The notes beneath the pieces are model-generated. The model made no database searches. It was not told the DNA's origin and was given only the letters and a program-made list of their open reading frames with translations. Below are positions 53,214-63,113 of a stretch of 64,000 bases of DNA, piece after piece. Origin of the DNA: Nitrospirota bacterium (GTDB taxonomy: Bacteria; Nitrospirota; UBA9217); contig CAVWHO010000016.1 of NCBI GenBank assembly GCA_963754875.1, forward strand, positions 758-64,757, written 5' to 3'. The first letter of the stretch is position 1; every line of letters starts with the position of its first letter. A program made the translations under genes and the position numbers.

Positions 53214-53588
53214 TTAGCCGTGAAAACAAGAAATGCCGCGTCGTACCTCTTCGAGCCGGGTCTTGGCATCCGGTTCTGCGACAAAAAAAGTCTCGAGCCT
53301 GTCACAGATATAGTCGGCACAATGTGCACAATTCTCGACCCCCTTCTGCAGGGCGCACTTTCTGATTTTGCAGGCCTGGGAAGCAGTGAAGAGCCTTCCT
53401 CGTTCGGTCCGGCAGCCGTCGCAGTCCGATATGTCTTCCGGTGCGTACATCACCCCGTACTTCTCGTTACAAATGTGGGCGATATGAGTTCTCATTCTTG
53501 TTTGTTGTTCCTCGTTGTCTTCCCTTGTTGCAAGATAGATAGGGCAGGTATGACAGACCAAACCGCAGAAAGCGATCGTTTCTTTCAT
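53214..53588 (-). CDS. DUF3795-like Cys-rich protein
   Basis: AFCGLVCHTCP, CDGC, IRKCA, NCAHCADYICD. Confidence 0.82.
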   Translation of the reverse strand: MKETIAFCGLVCHTCPIYLATREDNEEQQTRMRTHIAHICNEKYGVMYAPEDISDCDGCRTERGRLFTASQACKIRKCALQKGVENCAHCADYICDRLETFFVAEPDAKTRLEEVRRGISCFHG

Positions 53589-53853
53589 CTGTTTCCCTTT
53601 CAAACGGGTTATCAATGTATGCCCAATAAGCTGACTGGCTTAGGAGATTCGAGACTAGTAAAAGTCTATCTAAAGGGCTGGTGCAAGTCAATGCAAAATA
53701 ATACAACAGAGTCGGACCCTCGGCACGATCGTCCATCCATAAAATGTAATACCCCGGTAACACGCAAAGTTGCACGAAGCGTTGACAAGCACCTATGCAG
53801 CGTTATATTTAAAGTAGGTAATTTTATAGACAAAAAGAAAAGAGGCGATAACG

Positions 53854-54201
53854 ATGAAAAAGATTTTAGCCATTTTGATGGGAATGGCGTTTATCCTTAC
53901 CTTGGGGTTGGCGTTCGCCGCAGAAGACATGTCGGGGCCCCAGGGTACAAGTGATAAAATTATTCGCGATGAGGATATCCAGCATCTTGACATGGATCAA
54001 GATCGCGCAACGGTCAACCAAATGCCCACGGAATCAGGTACCGAAGGCTCGGGTGCAGGAGGAGTGAACAAGGATTCCGACAGTACGTACAAGGATAGTG
54101 ACCAAAGCACAGCTCCTCTTGAGAAGACCCCGGCAAAGCCAGGCGCTGAAGGGTTGGGAGCGGGCGGTTCGAGCAACGATTCTTATAGTCCCGGTTATTA
54201 A
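53854..54201 (+). CDS. secreted low-complexity hypothetical protein
   Basis: Sec signal MKKILAIL...AFA; acidic; internal repeat GTEGSGAGG / GAEGLGAGG. Confidence 0.75.
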   Translation: MKKILAILMGMAFILTLGLAFAAEDMSGPQGTSDKIIRDEDIQHLDMDQDRATVNQMPTESGTEGSGAGGVNKDSDSTYKDSDQSTAPLEKTPAKPGAEGLGAGGSSNDSYSPGY

Positions 54202-54459
54202 GGAACGTCCTGCGAGTATATAGGAATTCTCTTACTGAGCGGTTTCGCGAGTGGCCCGGACGCTCCGTCAAGGGGAAGAGTGAGGATGGAGAAGCGCTTC
54301 CCTTGCCTACTCGCAGACGATATCCTGCGGCCGTGTGGTAATTCAATAATCTGGCGGCAAGAACGGGTTTAAGCCCTGTTCCGTGGCCAGGGTAAAGTTA
54401 TTGTTAGTCAATGCGAATTTCCCGCGTTATCGAGCACACTTCGTGAACGTTTTTATGGT

Positions 54460-55140
54460 TTAGTACCGCGGTACGGCGAGGGCGAGCGGAAAATCAGGTT
54501 CATCGTGCTTCCATACCTGGATGGCAGAACCTCTCTGAAGCAGTTCACGCCATATCTCGGGAGACTTCTTTTCAAAAACCGATTGTGCATCAGCCAGGAC
54601 GACGAGCCAGTCGCCCTGCGCGACTTCCCGGTCAAGCTGTCCTGATGACCACCCAGCATACCCGGCATAGATCCGGAATTGTCGTCCCTTCTTGTCGACG
54701 CCAGCCAGATGTTCCAGGGTATTCTTGCTCGAACTGACATAAACGTTTCCGAACACAGAGATTGACTCAATTGGTTTTTCACGGACCGAATGAGCATCAG
54801 CATCCGGTATCCTTCAACGGGGCCCCCGTAGTAGACGAGTGCCTGTTTTTTTCAGACCCGGAACAGAGGGAAGCACTTCAAGCAAAGGCACGTCGGTGGG
54901 ACGGTTGATGATGAGACCTGTCGCGCCCTTGGAACTGTAATCGATCAGCAGGACAACGGTCTCCTGGAAACGGGGGTCGATAAGATTTCGGGTTGCAACG
55001 AGGAATTTACCCTTGGCAGGCAGCACGCTGAACGGATCCGGCTCAGTCATTGCAGGCGCGTCGGACATTCGGGCAGGCAAAACGTCAACACTTTCCCCGG
55101 CATTTACGACGGTCAGAAAGTTAGACAAGCGCTGCGGCAA
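54460..55140 (-). CDS. YqgE/AlgH (DUF179) family protein (frameshifted; start uncertain)
   Basis: GKFLVA...DPRFQETVVLL...GATGLIINRP; RIYAGYAGWSSGQLDRE...W. Confidence 0.85.
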
Positions 55141-55280
55141 TAACGGCTCGCGAAAAGCATCTTTCGCAGAGATCTGATGATTCCAAACAGCATTGACAGC
55201 TCCCTTGGTCAGTCCAGTGCTTCTGTCTTAAGGTTAACAAAAGTTCGTCGGAGTGTCAATGCGAAGCCGTGTTAAAAACT

Positions 55281-55370
55281 AGTCTCAAGTCTCAAGTTTT
55301 AACCCCTCAAGCTTGAACCCCCAGGTCAGACTCGTGGTTTCACGACCTGAGACTTGAGACCTGAGACTTG
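55281..55370. repeat. inverted TCTCAAG/CTTGAGA heptamer cassette
   Basis: agtctcaagtctcaag ... cctgagacttgagacctgagacttg. Confidence 0.78.
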
Positions 55371-55417
55371 CAGCACGAAAGCGAGGTTTCGAAGAGGTGA
55401 TTGGGGGAAGCCGGCAA

Positions 55418-56117
55418 TTACTTCAGGTAGGAAGAAAATAAGGGGCGTAATTTCCTTCAGTATTTTTTCCGCCTCAACCGGGACCATGACCGCAAAAACG
55501 TTGAGCTTCACGAGGGCATGGATATTGGCATCGCTCTTCGCGGCAGCTCTCATCCTCAGGCCGAAGTCCTTGTTCAATTTTTTTACTTCTCCGTAGATCC
55601 TGAAGATACCGTCAAGCGTCCATTCAGGCTTCTTTCCGGCCTGACTCCTGATATATTGCGCCATAAGATACATCGAGACCATCCTGAAAATGGTCTCTTC
55701 CAGGCTTGCAAAAGGCAGATGGTATCGGACCATCGGTTTGAGGGGTTCCATGATGGGGCAGCCGCTGGTCGTCATGATAATGCCGAGCAGCGGACTTAAG
55801 CCTTCCTGTATCGAGCCGGCTTTAGTATAAATACGTTCCTTCACCGTCACCGTTGTCGTTGCTATGTCGGGACCGGTCACGTCCTTGAACGCCTGGGCAA
55901 TTTCCGAGAGATTTGCCGCAATCGGGCAGTACCGCGTAAGCGTGGTGTTCAAAGGGCAGATCGAACACTGCTGGAAGTCCAGGTGCGCCCAATCCGGCGG
56001 TTCAACGTTCTGCTCCCGGATGAGGGCGAGGGTCTTTCGGTCAAGGAGGATCGTAAATTTTTTTTCCTGGCCTTCGTTCAGTTTGAAATCATAAACGATT
56101 TTGATATGGTCAATCAT
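55418..56117 (-). CDS. conserved hypothetical protein (DUF6901-like); real stop probably about 55418 after a 1-nt indel
   Basis: PDWAHL..QCSICPL..CPIA, SGCP..LKPMVRYHLPFASLEET; the track ORF runs on into repeats to 55326. Confidence 0.7.
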
Positions 56118-56340
56118 GTGCTCTGCCTCTATACGGTGAAGTGAAATTGTGTTTCATAATATACTGCACGCCGGGGATTGTCAAGATCGGCTCCGATTCC
56201 GGCAAACAAAAAAGCCCTTCACCATGTACTGGCAAAGGGCTTTCTTTATTGATCAGGCGGGGTCTCCCCTCACACACTGCTCTCGCGATAGCGCGGGTGC
56301 AAGGCCTATCCTCTCCCCCAAAGGGCGAGGGATTAATAGA

Positions 56341-58668
56341 CTACACGTTCTCTACCATCTCCCATACACCGCAGGGACAGATGCCCGAGCAGAAGCCGCA
56401 GCCGATGCACTTCGATTCGTCCACCACGTACTCGAAGGACTTGTTCGGGAGTTTCTTACGCGTGATGGCGCCGTAGTAGCACGACTGTTCGCACATGCCG
56501 CAGTCGCGGCAGGAGCCGCAGGACATGCAGCGGTCAGCTTCTTTCTTCGGCGAAAATTTTATGTCGCTGAGCCTGCATACTTCATAATACTCGGTCTTGA
56601 TCCTCTCGTAGGGGATCATTCGCCGTTCTTCGGGCACGTAATCGGTGTTCATGAGCAGGGAGTGGATCTTGTCCGCAGCGACCTTGCCAGCTCCGATGGC
56701 GTGGGTCACGAGGCCGGGCTTGGTTGCGTCGCCGATGGCGAAGACCTTCACGTCCGAGGTCTGGCCGAGATCGTTGATCGTGATGTAGCCACGGTCCGTG
56801 TTGATGGACTGCGGCAGGAAATCAAGGACCGGCTTATCGCCGATCGAAATGATCACCAGGTCCGCGTCGAGCGAACTGCAGTCCTTGAAGAAGATCTTCT
56901 TCGCTTTCGCGTCGTACTTCTCCGTCAGCTTCGGGAACAGGACCTGCGTGCCCTTTGACGAAGCAAGCTCCATTTCCTTGCCGAACGCGGCCGGCTTTTG
57001 CACGTCAACGGCGATCACGGATTCCGCGCCGTGGTCCCAGGCCTGGCACGCGATGTCCATGCCCACGTTGCCCGCGCCGATCACGACGACCTTCTTCCCC
57101 TTCACGCTCCGGGGTTTGCCGAAGTTGATCTCCTTCAGGTAATCGATGCCTTTTACCACGTCCTCGTGACCCGGGAAAGGGATAACGCGGCCTTCCTGGG
57201 CGCCAACGGCAATGACCACCAAGTCGTGGTCCTTGTAGATTTTCTCGAATTTCTTTTTGTCAACCTTGGCCCTGGTCTGGACGTTTACCCCGATCTCGGC
57301 AAAACGCGCAAGCTCCTTGTCCAGGATCTTCTTGGGCAAACGCTCGCGGGGAATGCACATCTCGATCTTCCCGCCGATCTTGGGCGATGCCTCGTAAAGA
57401 TCAACTGTATGGCCTTTCAAGCCGAGCTGCCATGCTGCCGAGAGGCCCCCCGGACCGCCGCCGATCACGGCGATCTTGTTGCCCGTTGCCTTTGCTTTCT
57501 TCGGTGCCTTGAGATTCAAGGCAGCTGCGCCGTATTCTTTAATGTTGAGCGGCTCGTCAACTCTGCCGCGCGTGCAGTCGGTCATGCAGAGGTTCGGACA
57601 GATCGTGCCGCAGACCGTTGCCGGGAGCGGGCTGTACTGGAGTACGAGAGCAAGCGCTTCAGCCGTTCTCCCCTGCCGTATGAGAGACGCGCGCTTGTGC
57701 GACGGTATGCGCGACGGGCAGGCATAGGCGCAGGGGGGGAGGTACTTGTCGTTCTTCCACTGCGGCTTCCAGCGCCGCTCCTCGCCGGTTGTGATGTACG
57801 GAAGCACTGAGCGGTCGTGAGTGAGATAAGCGCCGAACATGCCGCCCTTGCCCACTTCCTTTTCCCACTGGTTCAGGCGAAACTCGGTGAGCCCCATCTT
57901 AAGCTTACCCTTTGCCTTGTTCTTCTCAGCCGGCGTAAAAGCAATGAACTTCTTCCAGGCACTCCTGTCCTTCGTAAGTTCTTCATAAGAGGACATGCGG
58001 TCGATGGCCGTAAGATACGGTTTCATGTTCGTGGTGAGCCACTCCCAGTCCTGCTCCGAAAGGTCCACGAGCTGAACATCGCCCTTGCTGTATTCCTTGA
58101 TCGGACCGCGGAAATAAATCGTGCCGCCCACCATGCCCACGCAGGGACGGTAGCCGAGGATGTTTTCGGGATCGCGGGGATTCACGCCGCAGACCACGGC
58201 AATGCCGCCGGCCTTGAACTCGGCAAAAGAGTCTCCCACGCCCCGGAAATACCAGGACTCCAGATTATCGAAACGCGGGTTCTTCTTGGTCATGGTATCG
58301 CAGCGCGCGCCGCCGCCGCCCTGGACATAGAGCTTGCCCTGGGCGCCTGCGTTATGCGCACCGTTCGTCACGTCGCCCAGGACCGTAATGACAGCTCCGC
58401 AGTTGAGCCAGCCTGCGTCGTCGGAGGACGAACCCTTTACCAGGATCTCCGTCCCCTCCATGCCCATGCTGCCCACGCGCTGGCCGACCGTGCCCTCGAC
58501 AACGACCTTCACCTTGCCGTACTGCGGCCAGATGCGTCCGCCGATGCCGTGCTGGCCATCCGCCGTGATGAAGAGTTCCTTGGCGCCGTCCTTGATGGCT
58601 TTCTGGATCTGCTCTTCTAAATTTTTCGAAGAGACCCGTTTTCCGTCGATATTGCCCTTGATTATCAT
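56341..58668 (-). CDS. glutamate synthase subunit: GltB3 (GXGXG) plus GltD-like FAD/NAD(P)H domain plus 4Fe-4S
   Basis: GQHGIGG, GDSFAEFKAGG, PPCAYACP, IGGGPGG, IGAGNVG, two C-terminal ferredoxin motifs. Confidence 0.9.
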   Translation of the reverse strand: MIIKGNIDGKRVSSKNLEEQIQKAIKDGAKELFITADGQHGIGGRIWPQYGKVKVVVEGTVGQRVGSMGMEGTEILVKGSSSDDAGWLNCGAVITVLGDVTNGAHNAGAQGKLYVQGGGGARCDTMTKKNPRFDNLESWYFRGVGDSFAEFKAGGIAVVCGVNPRDPENILGYRPCVGMVGGTIYFRGPIKEYSKGDVQLVDLSEQDWEWLTTNMKPYLTAIDRMSSYEELTKDRSAWKKFIAFTPAEKNKAKGKLKMGLTEFRLNQWEKEVGKGGMFGAYLTHDRSVLPYITTGEERRWKPQWKNDKYLPPCAYACPSRIPSHKRASLIRQGRTAEALALVLQYSPLPATVCGTICPNLCMTDCTRGRVDEPLNIKEYGAAALNLKAPKKAKATGNKIAVIGGGPGGLSAAWQLGLKGHTVDLYEASPKIGGKIEMCIPRERLPKKILDKELARFAEIGVNVQTRAKVDKKKFEKIYKDHDLVVIAVGAQEGRVIPFPGHEDVVKGIDYLKEINFGKPRSVKGKKVVVIGAGNVGMDIACQAWDHGAESVIAVDVQKPAAFGKEMELASSKGTQVLFPKLTEKYDAKAKKIFFKDCSSLDADLVIISIGDKPVLDFLPQSINTDRGYITINDLGQTSDVKVFAIGDATKPGLVTHAIGAGKVAADKIHSLLMNTDYVPEERRMIPYERIKTEYYEVCRLSDIKFSPKKEADRCMSCGSCRDCGMCEQSCYYGAITRKKLPNKSFEYVVDESKCIGCGFCSGICPCGVWEMVENV

Positions 58669-58703
58669 TTTTTCCTCAAATGATTTTTATCAACTTCAAA
58701 AGA

Positions 58704-58816
58704 TTCAGGGGAAAAGGGGAAGCGAGAGGCGAAATGGTGAAATAGAAGACTTAGTTTCAAAACTTAGTCTCTGATTCATTTCTCCCTTTCTCCGTGTTTA
58801 TCCCCATTTTCCTGAA
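58704..58816. repeat. inverted purine/pyrimidine 8-mer cassette inside the glt operon
   Basis: ttcaggggaaaagggga... / ...tccccattttcctgaa. Confidence 0.55.
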
Positions 58817-58837
58817 AGATTCTGAATTCTATTTTTT

Positions 58838-60493
58838 CTAACAAACGTAGCTGATCTGCAGCCTATCAGCGATTTCCTTGTCGTTCACGCCCAACGCATC
58901 GGACATGCCGATCGGAAGTTCGGTGCTGCGGCCCAGGGGCGCGAAGATCTTCTTGAGTTCCACATCCGCTGCCTTGAACACTTCGACGACCCGTTCTGCC
59001 ACTTTGTCGGGATCGAGCCTGCGGTACAGTTTAGGATCTTGCGTCGTAATGCCGCGCGGGCACTTGCCGAGGTTGCAGACGTTGCAGCGGTTGTACTCGT
59101 CGCCGAAACAGCCTGCTGCCGCCTGCATCATGTACTTACCGGTGTCCACGGCAGATGCGCCGAGCATGATGAGCGCAGCAGCGTTCGCTGCCAGGTTCCC
59201 GCCCTTGCCCACGCCGCCTGCGGCGATGAGCGGAAGCTCATTCTGCTTGCCCTGTTTCACGAGATCGAGGTAGCAGTCGCGGATGTTGGAGGCAATGGGA
59301 TGTCCCATCTTGTCCATCGATACGTTATACGCGGCGCCCGTGCCGCCGTCCTCGCCGTCGATACAGAGTGCAGCGGCATAAGGATTACGCGCGAGGTTGT
59401 TCAACACTGCACGGGCCGTTTTGGTGCCTGAGATTTTCGGATAGACCGGCACGCGGAAGCCCCAGGCCATGGACATGGACTGGATCATCTTCGCAACAGC
59501 CTCTTCGATAGAGTACTTGGTCTGGTGTGTGGGCGGTGATGCCAGGTCAACGAACTGCGGCACGCCGCGGATCTTGGCGATCAGGCCGAGAACTTTGTAT
59601 GCCTGGAGCAGGCCGCCGTCTCCGGGCTTTGCGCCCTGGCCGTATTTGATCTCGATTGCTGCCGGATCTTCGATCATGTCAGGAAGAGCACGGATGATCT
59701 CGTCCCAGCCGAAGTAGCCCGACGCGATCTGGAGTATGAAATATTTCATATACCGCGATTTCAAGATGCTCGGGGGCATGCCGCCCTCACCCGAGCACAT
59801 GACCACCGGCAGACCTTCAACTTCGTTCAGATAGGTGATGCCCATGGCAAGGCCTTCCCACATGTGGGGAGAGAGAGCGCCGATGGACATGCTGCCGATG
59901 CGGATGGGATAGATCTCGCGCACCGGCGGGATGAACGTCTGGTTCGCGAGGATAAGCCGGTCGCCTTCCACCTTGAGCGGGAGCTGCTCAGCGGGCAGGT
60001 TCCTGCCCAAAAGCGTCCTGATGCGGAACTCATGACGACCGGCGTCCAGGGCCGGGTCGGTCAGCATCGAGATGCGCGTGAACTTGAGCTTGTCCAGGGT
60101 CGACTGCGACGGATCGTTCCTCCGTCCGCCGCGCATGAAAGGAATGCCGCCCTTGTTTTTATAGTGGTACAGCTTGTGCTGGAAATTGTATTCCGGGAAA
60201 ATGGCGTCCGTGGGACAGACGAGCGAACAGGTCCCGCAGCCGATGCAGTAACGGTCGATTTCCGTGACCTGCCGCACCACCTGGGTAAGCCTGCGCGTGA
60301 CCTTGGGCTCGGGGCTTGCGCCTTCCGAGGACACGACGCGCTGGGTGTAGACCGTGGCCTCGATGGACTTCATGGGACAGACGGCTGTGCAGCGGCCGCA
60401 GCGGGTGCAGCGGTCCTCGCGCCATTGAATGATATAAGGAAGCTCTTTTAACGAGAGCTGATGATTTTTATCTAACCGTGAAGCTGATTCCAT
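58838..60493 (-). CDS. glutamate synthase FMN-binding subunit (GltB2) with N-terminal ferredoxin
   Basis: CTRCGRC, MSIGALS, SGEGG, EIKYGQGAKPGDGG, DGEDGGTGA, CNVCNLGKCPRGITTQ. Confidence 0.93.
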   Translation of the reverse strand: MESASRLDKNHQLSLKELPYIIQWREDRCTRCGRCTAVCPMKSIEATVYTQRVVSSEGASPEPKVTRRLTQVVRQVTEIDRYCIGCGTCSLVCPTDAIFPEYNFQHKLYHYKNKGGIPFMRGGRRNDPSQSTLDKLKFTRISMLTDPALDAGRHEFRIRTLLGRNLPAEQLPLKVEGDRLILANQTFIPPVREIYPIRIGSMSIGALSPHMWEGLAMGITYLNEVEGLPVVMCSGEGGMPPSILKSRYMKYFILQIASGYFGWDEIIRALPDMIEDPAAIEIKYGQGAKPGDGGLLQAYKVLGLIAKIRGVPQFVDLASPPTHQTKYSIEEAVAKMIQSMSMAWGFRVPVYPKISGTKTARAVLNNLARNPYAAALCIDGEDGGTGAAYNVSMDKMGHPIASNIRDCYLDLVKQGKQNELPLIAAGGVGKGGNLAANAAALIMLGASAVDTGKYMMQAAAGCFGDEYNRCNVCNLGKCPRGITTQDPKLYRRLDPDKVAERVVEVFKAADVELKKIFAPLGRSTELPIGMSDALGVNDKEIADRLQISYVC

Positions 60494-61581
60494 ACTTTAA
60501 CCTCCCGCGCACCGGGCGCGATGATCACCATGTCGTACTTCATGGGGAAGATGTCCGTTGACTTGTCCCGGTCCGGGATCGCGCTGTCCACGCCGCAGAC
60601 CTCGGACATGAGCGCGTACTTGCCGGGCTTGCCGCCCACTGCGCCGGGCCGGAGCTTCTTCGAGTCCTGAACCATGAAGACCGTGCCGTCGGGTGTGAAC
60701 CCGATGACGCAGTTCGGACCGTCGATGCAGAGCGGGCGGAGCGATTTCTTGAGGAGCCTGAGCGCAGCAGCGTCGGAGCGCTGGCTGATCTCCGCGTCTT
60801 TCATCGGCGTGATGATGTCCTTATAATAATGGAGCGGATACCCGAGGGACCGGTTCGTGTAGTGCATGATGTGCGTGAAGACCTCGGAGTCCGAATTGTA
60901 GCCCATGTAACCCGGGTTGCCCCGGCCCATGAGGAACTCGCGGATCGGCACGAAAGCCGTGTTCTCTCCGTTCGTCATCGTTGCGTAGCCCTCAATGAAG
61001 AACGGATGGCAGGCGTAAAGGTAGATCGCGTAGTTGGTATTCTGCCTTCCCTGGGCAAGGACGATCTTCGATTTGAGCCCCGATTTTTCAAGCCCGAAAA
61101 ATTCGCCGAGCTGCAGGGGATCACCCACTTCTTTCAGCGTCAGCACATCGGGATAAAAGGAGAAGACAAAGAGCGATCCGTCCGGTTCACCCATGCACCT
61201 GAGCGTGAGCCGCGTTTGCATGAGCAGGTCTTCCTGCTCTTTCTTTGATTTGTCTTTGTACGCAGCGGGATAGTCGTAAACCTTCGCGATATAATGATCG
61301 CGCCGCTCGACACCGGGAACGTTCTTGATCGATGGCTCCCAGGAGAACTTCTCAGCGAAGCCCTGGGCCTTCATGTAGTCCTCGAGCATGCCGAGGCCTT
61401 TGTTCGAGCAGATGGCCGACAGCGTAGGGTATTGTTTGAAGTCCGCGAACGGTCCCGCCATGTCCTTCAGCATGAGCCCGAGGCCCGACCCGTCATGGCC
61501 TTCCTTCATGGTCTCGAGCGAGTGAATATTTTCCATGGGCGAGATATAGTCGCCCGACGTGATTGCACTCAACCGGCACAT
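60472..61581 (-). CDS. glutamate synthase glutamine amidotransferase subunit (GltB1, Ntn class II)
   Basis: N-terminal MCRL, GRQNTN, HPF, NGEN, SDSE, LRP. Confidence 0.92.
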   Translation of the reverse strand: MCRLSAITSGDYISPMENIHSLETMKEGHDGSGLGLMLKDMAGPFADFKQYPTLSAICSNKGLGMLEDYMKAQGFAEKFSWEPSIKNVPGVERRDHYIAKVYDYPAAYKDKSKKEQEDLLMQTRLTLRCMGEPDGSLFVFSFYPDVLTLKEVGDPLQLGEFFGLEKSGLKSKIVLAQGRQNTNYAIYLYACHPFFIEGYATMTNGENTAFVPIREFLMGRGNPGYMGYNSDSEVFTHIMHYTNRSLGYPLHYYKDIITPMKDAEISQRSDAAALRLLKKSLRPLCIDGPNCVIGFTPDGTVFMVQDSKKLRPGAVGGKPGKYALMSEVCGVDSAIPDRDKSTDIFPMKYDMVIIAPGAREVKVWNQLHG

Positions 61582-61700
61582 TCTCGTACTCCTGTCCTTT
61601 GGTCGCTAAGTTTCTGAGGGATCTGGTTTGGGCTTGGTTCCGGCGGGATGACCCTCTGCATGCAGATGCAAACGCTCCTGCACACTTTTTCAGCAAAGGT

Positions 61701-61788
61701 AAAAAAAGCCCCTCATTCGGGGGCTTTTGGCTCTCGGGAAACATGACCGAGTCGAAGTACAATACACCTGATCGCGTTCTGCTGTCAA
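61701..61788 (-). promoter_or_regulatory. candidate promoter plus leader terminator (attenuator) of the glt operon
   Basis: TTGACA-N18-TATTGT, short hairpin ctcgg/ccgag, then GC stem aaaagcccc/ggggctttt with T7. Confidence 0.5.
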
Positions 61789-61965
61789 GCCGAAATTTCG
61801 CTATACTCCCGGAAGAACAGGAGGAATTAGGAGATGCGCGAAGGCATCCTCGCATTAGAAAGTATGATATTTCAGGCGGGGTATCTTCATGCTGATTTGC
61901 GTCTGAGAACGGGTAGAGAGGCGCTTGTGTGGTAAAAGATTATTGCAGGTGAACGTCTTTTGAAC

Positions 61966-61995
61966 ATTCCCGCCTTCTGTTAGGAAGGCGGGAAT
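61966..61995 (-). terminator. hairpin after the DUF2892 gene
   Basis: attcccgccttc...gaaggcgggaat 12-bp stem. Confidence 0.65.
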
Positions 61996-62001
61996 TGACC
62001 A

Positions 62002-62193
62002 CTACTGGCACTTCCTGCAGGTCTTTATGCCGAGGAGCGCATAGGGCGGGCACCAGCCCATGACGCCCGTAGCAAGCGGTACGATACCGAGAAACGCCCA
62101 ATTGGTCTTCGGCCCCACAAAAGCGAGGGAGAGAATGAATAAACCCGCGACGATCCTGATCGTCCTTTCCCAAGAACCGACATTTTTCTGCAT
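62002..62193 (-). CDS. DUF2892 (YgaP-like) membrane protein
   Basis: KNVGSWERTIRIVAG, PLATG..GWCPPYALLGIKTC; SD aaggagg. Confidence 0.9.
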   Translation of the reverse strand: MQKNVGSWERTIRIVAGLFILSLAFVGPKTNWAFLGIVPLATGVMGWCPPYALLGIKTCRKCQ

Positions 62194-62278
62194 AATCTGT
62201 TCCTCCTTGATTGCGGTATGAGCCGGCCGCGCTCCCGGCCGTTTATGTAGATCACCATACCAGATCAAAGGAACGATG

Positions 62279-62297
62279 TCTGTGACTTTGTCACAGA
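62279..62297. promoter_or_regulatory. Crp/Fnr-type operator upstream of the DUF2892 gene
   Basis: TCTGTGAC-TTT-GTCACAGA; spacer is one base shorter than TGTGA-N6-TCACA, possibly a homopolymer error. Confidence 0.65.
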
Positions 62298-62303
62298 GGT
62301 ACC

Positions 62304-62391
62304 GAGGACGACGGATGACCGCTCACTCCGTTCGCTACGACGATGGACGAAAAATCTTTCCTTCACTCGTCCGTCGTCCGTCGTCTCTCGT
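62304..62391. repeat. inverted GACGAYG / CGTCCGT heptamer cassette
   Basis: ggacgacggatgac..cgacgatggacga / ctcgtccgtcgtccgtcgtctctcg. Confidence 0.7.
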
Positions 62392-62397
62392 GCATCA

Positions 62398-63030
62398 TCA
62401 CCTCAGGAGGGCTATCGAATTCCGGGACAGCTTGACCAGCTGTTTTCGTTCAAAATCCTTGAGCAGGCGGCTGATTACTTCGCGGGACGTGCCGAGGTCG
62501 TTTGCGATCTTCTGATGCGTGGTCTCAAGACTGCCGTCCTTTGACTTCTCGCTGAGATAGTCCATGAGCCGCTGGTCCATCCTGCCGAAGGCCACCTCCT
62601 CCACGAGTTCCATGACCGAGGCAAGCCGCCGGCTCAGAAGAGTGAAAACAAAGTCCCTCATCGTTTCATGCTCCATCACGAGCCGGCGGAAAACCGGAGA
62701 AGGCACGAGCAAGAGGTTTACGTCCGAGGTCGCCACGGCGTTAGCGGGATAGGTCGTTCCGGAGAGGATGCAGGAGGCGTTCAGGATACAGGTTTCGCCG
62801 GGACCGATCTCATAAAGCGTGATCTCCCTTCCGGTATCGCCGACCTTGAACACCCTGATCCCGCCCGACAAAATAAAGGCGATCGCCGAACAGGCGTCGC
62901 CTTCGGCATATATTTGGGCATCGCGGGGGATTGACTGCTGTCGTCCGGCGGCAAGCAAGTCCTGTACAAGGTTTCGCAGACCGCCCTGGAACGGTGGAAA
63001 TGTTTTTACAAAATCGTCTCTGGACATCAT
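62398..63030 (-). CDS. Crp/Fnr family transcriptional regulator
   Basis: GREITLYEIGPGETCIL, THQKIANDLGTSREVISRLLK. Confidence 0.93.
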   Translation of the reverse strand: MMSRDDFVKTFPPFQGGLRNLVQDLLAAGRQQSIPRDAQIYAEGDACSAIAFILSGGIRVFKVGDTGREITLYEIGPGETCILNASCILSGTTYPANAVATSDVNLLLVPSPVFRRLVMEHETMRDFVFTLLSRRLASVMELVEEVAFGRMDQRLMDYLSEKSKDGSLETTHQKIANDLGTSREVISRLLKDFERKQLVKLSRNSIALLR

Positions 63031-63086
63031 GGCCGGCACCTCCCTGCTTTTCCTATTATATCGGACTTCCTGGGCCGGGCAAATAG

Positions 63087-63113
63087 AAAAAGAAGGGGCT
63101 GTAGCCCCTTCTT
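63087..63113 (-). terminator. intrinsic terminator upstream of the Crp/Fnr gene
   Basis: aagaaggggct/agccccttctt with T-run on the minus strand. Confidence 0.7.
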
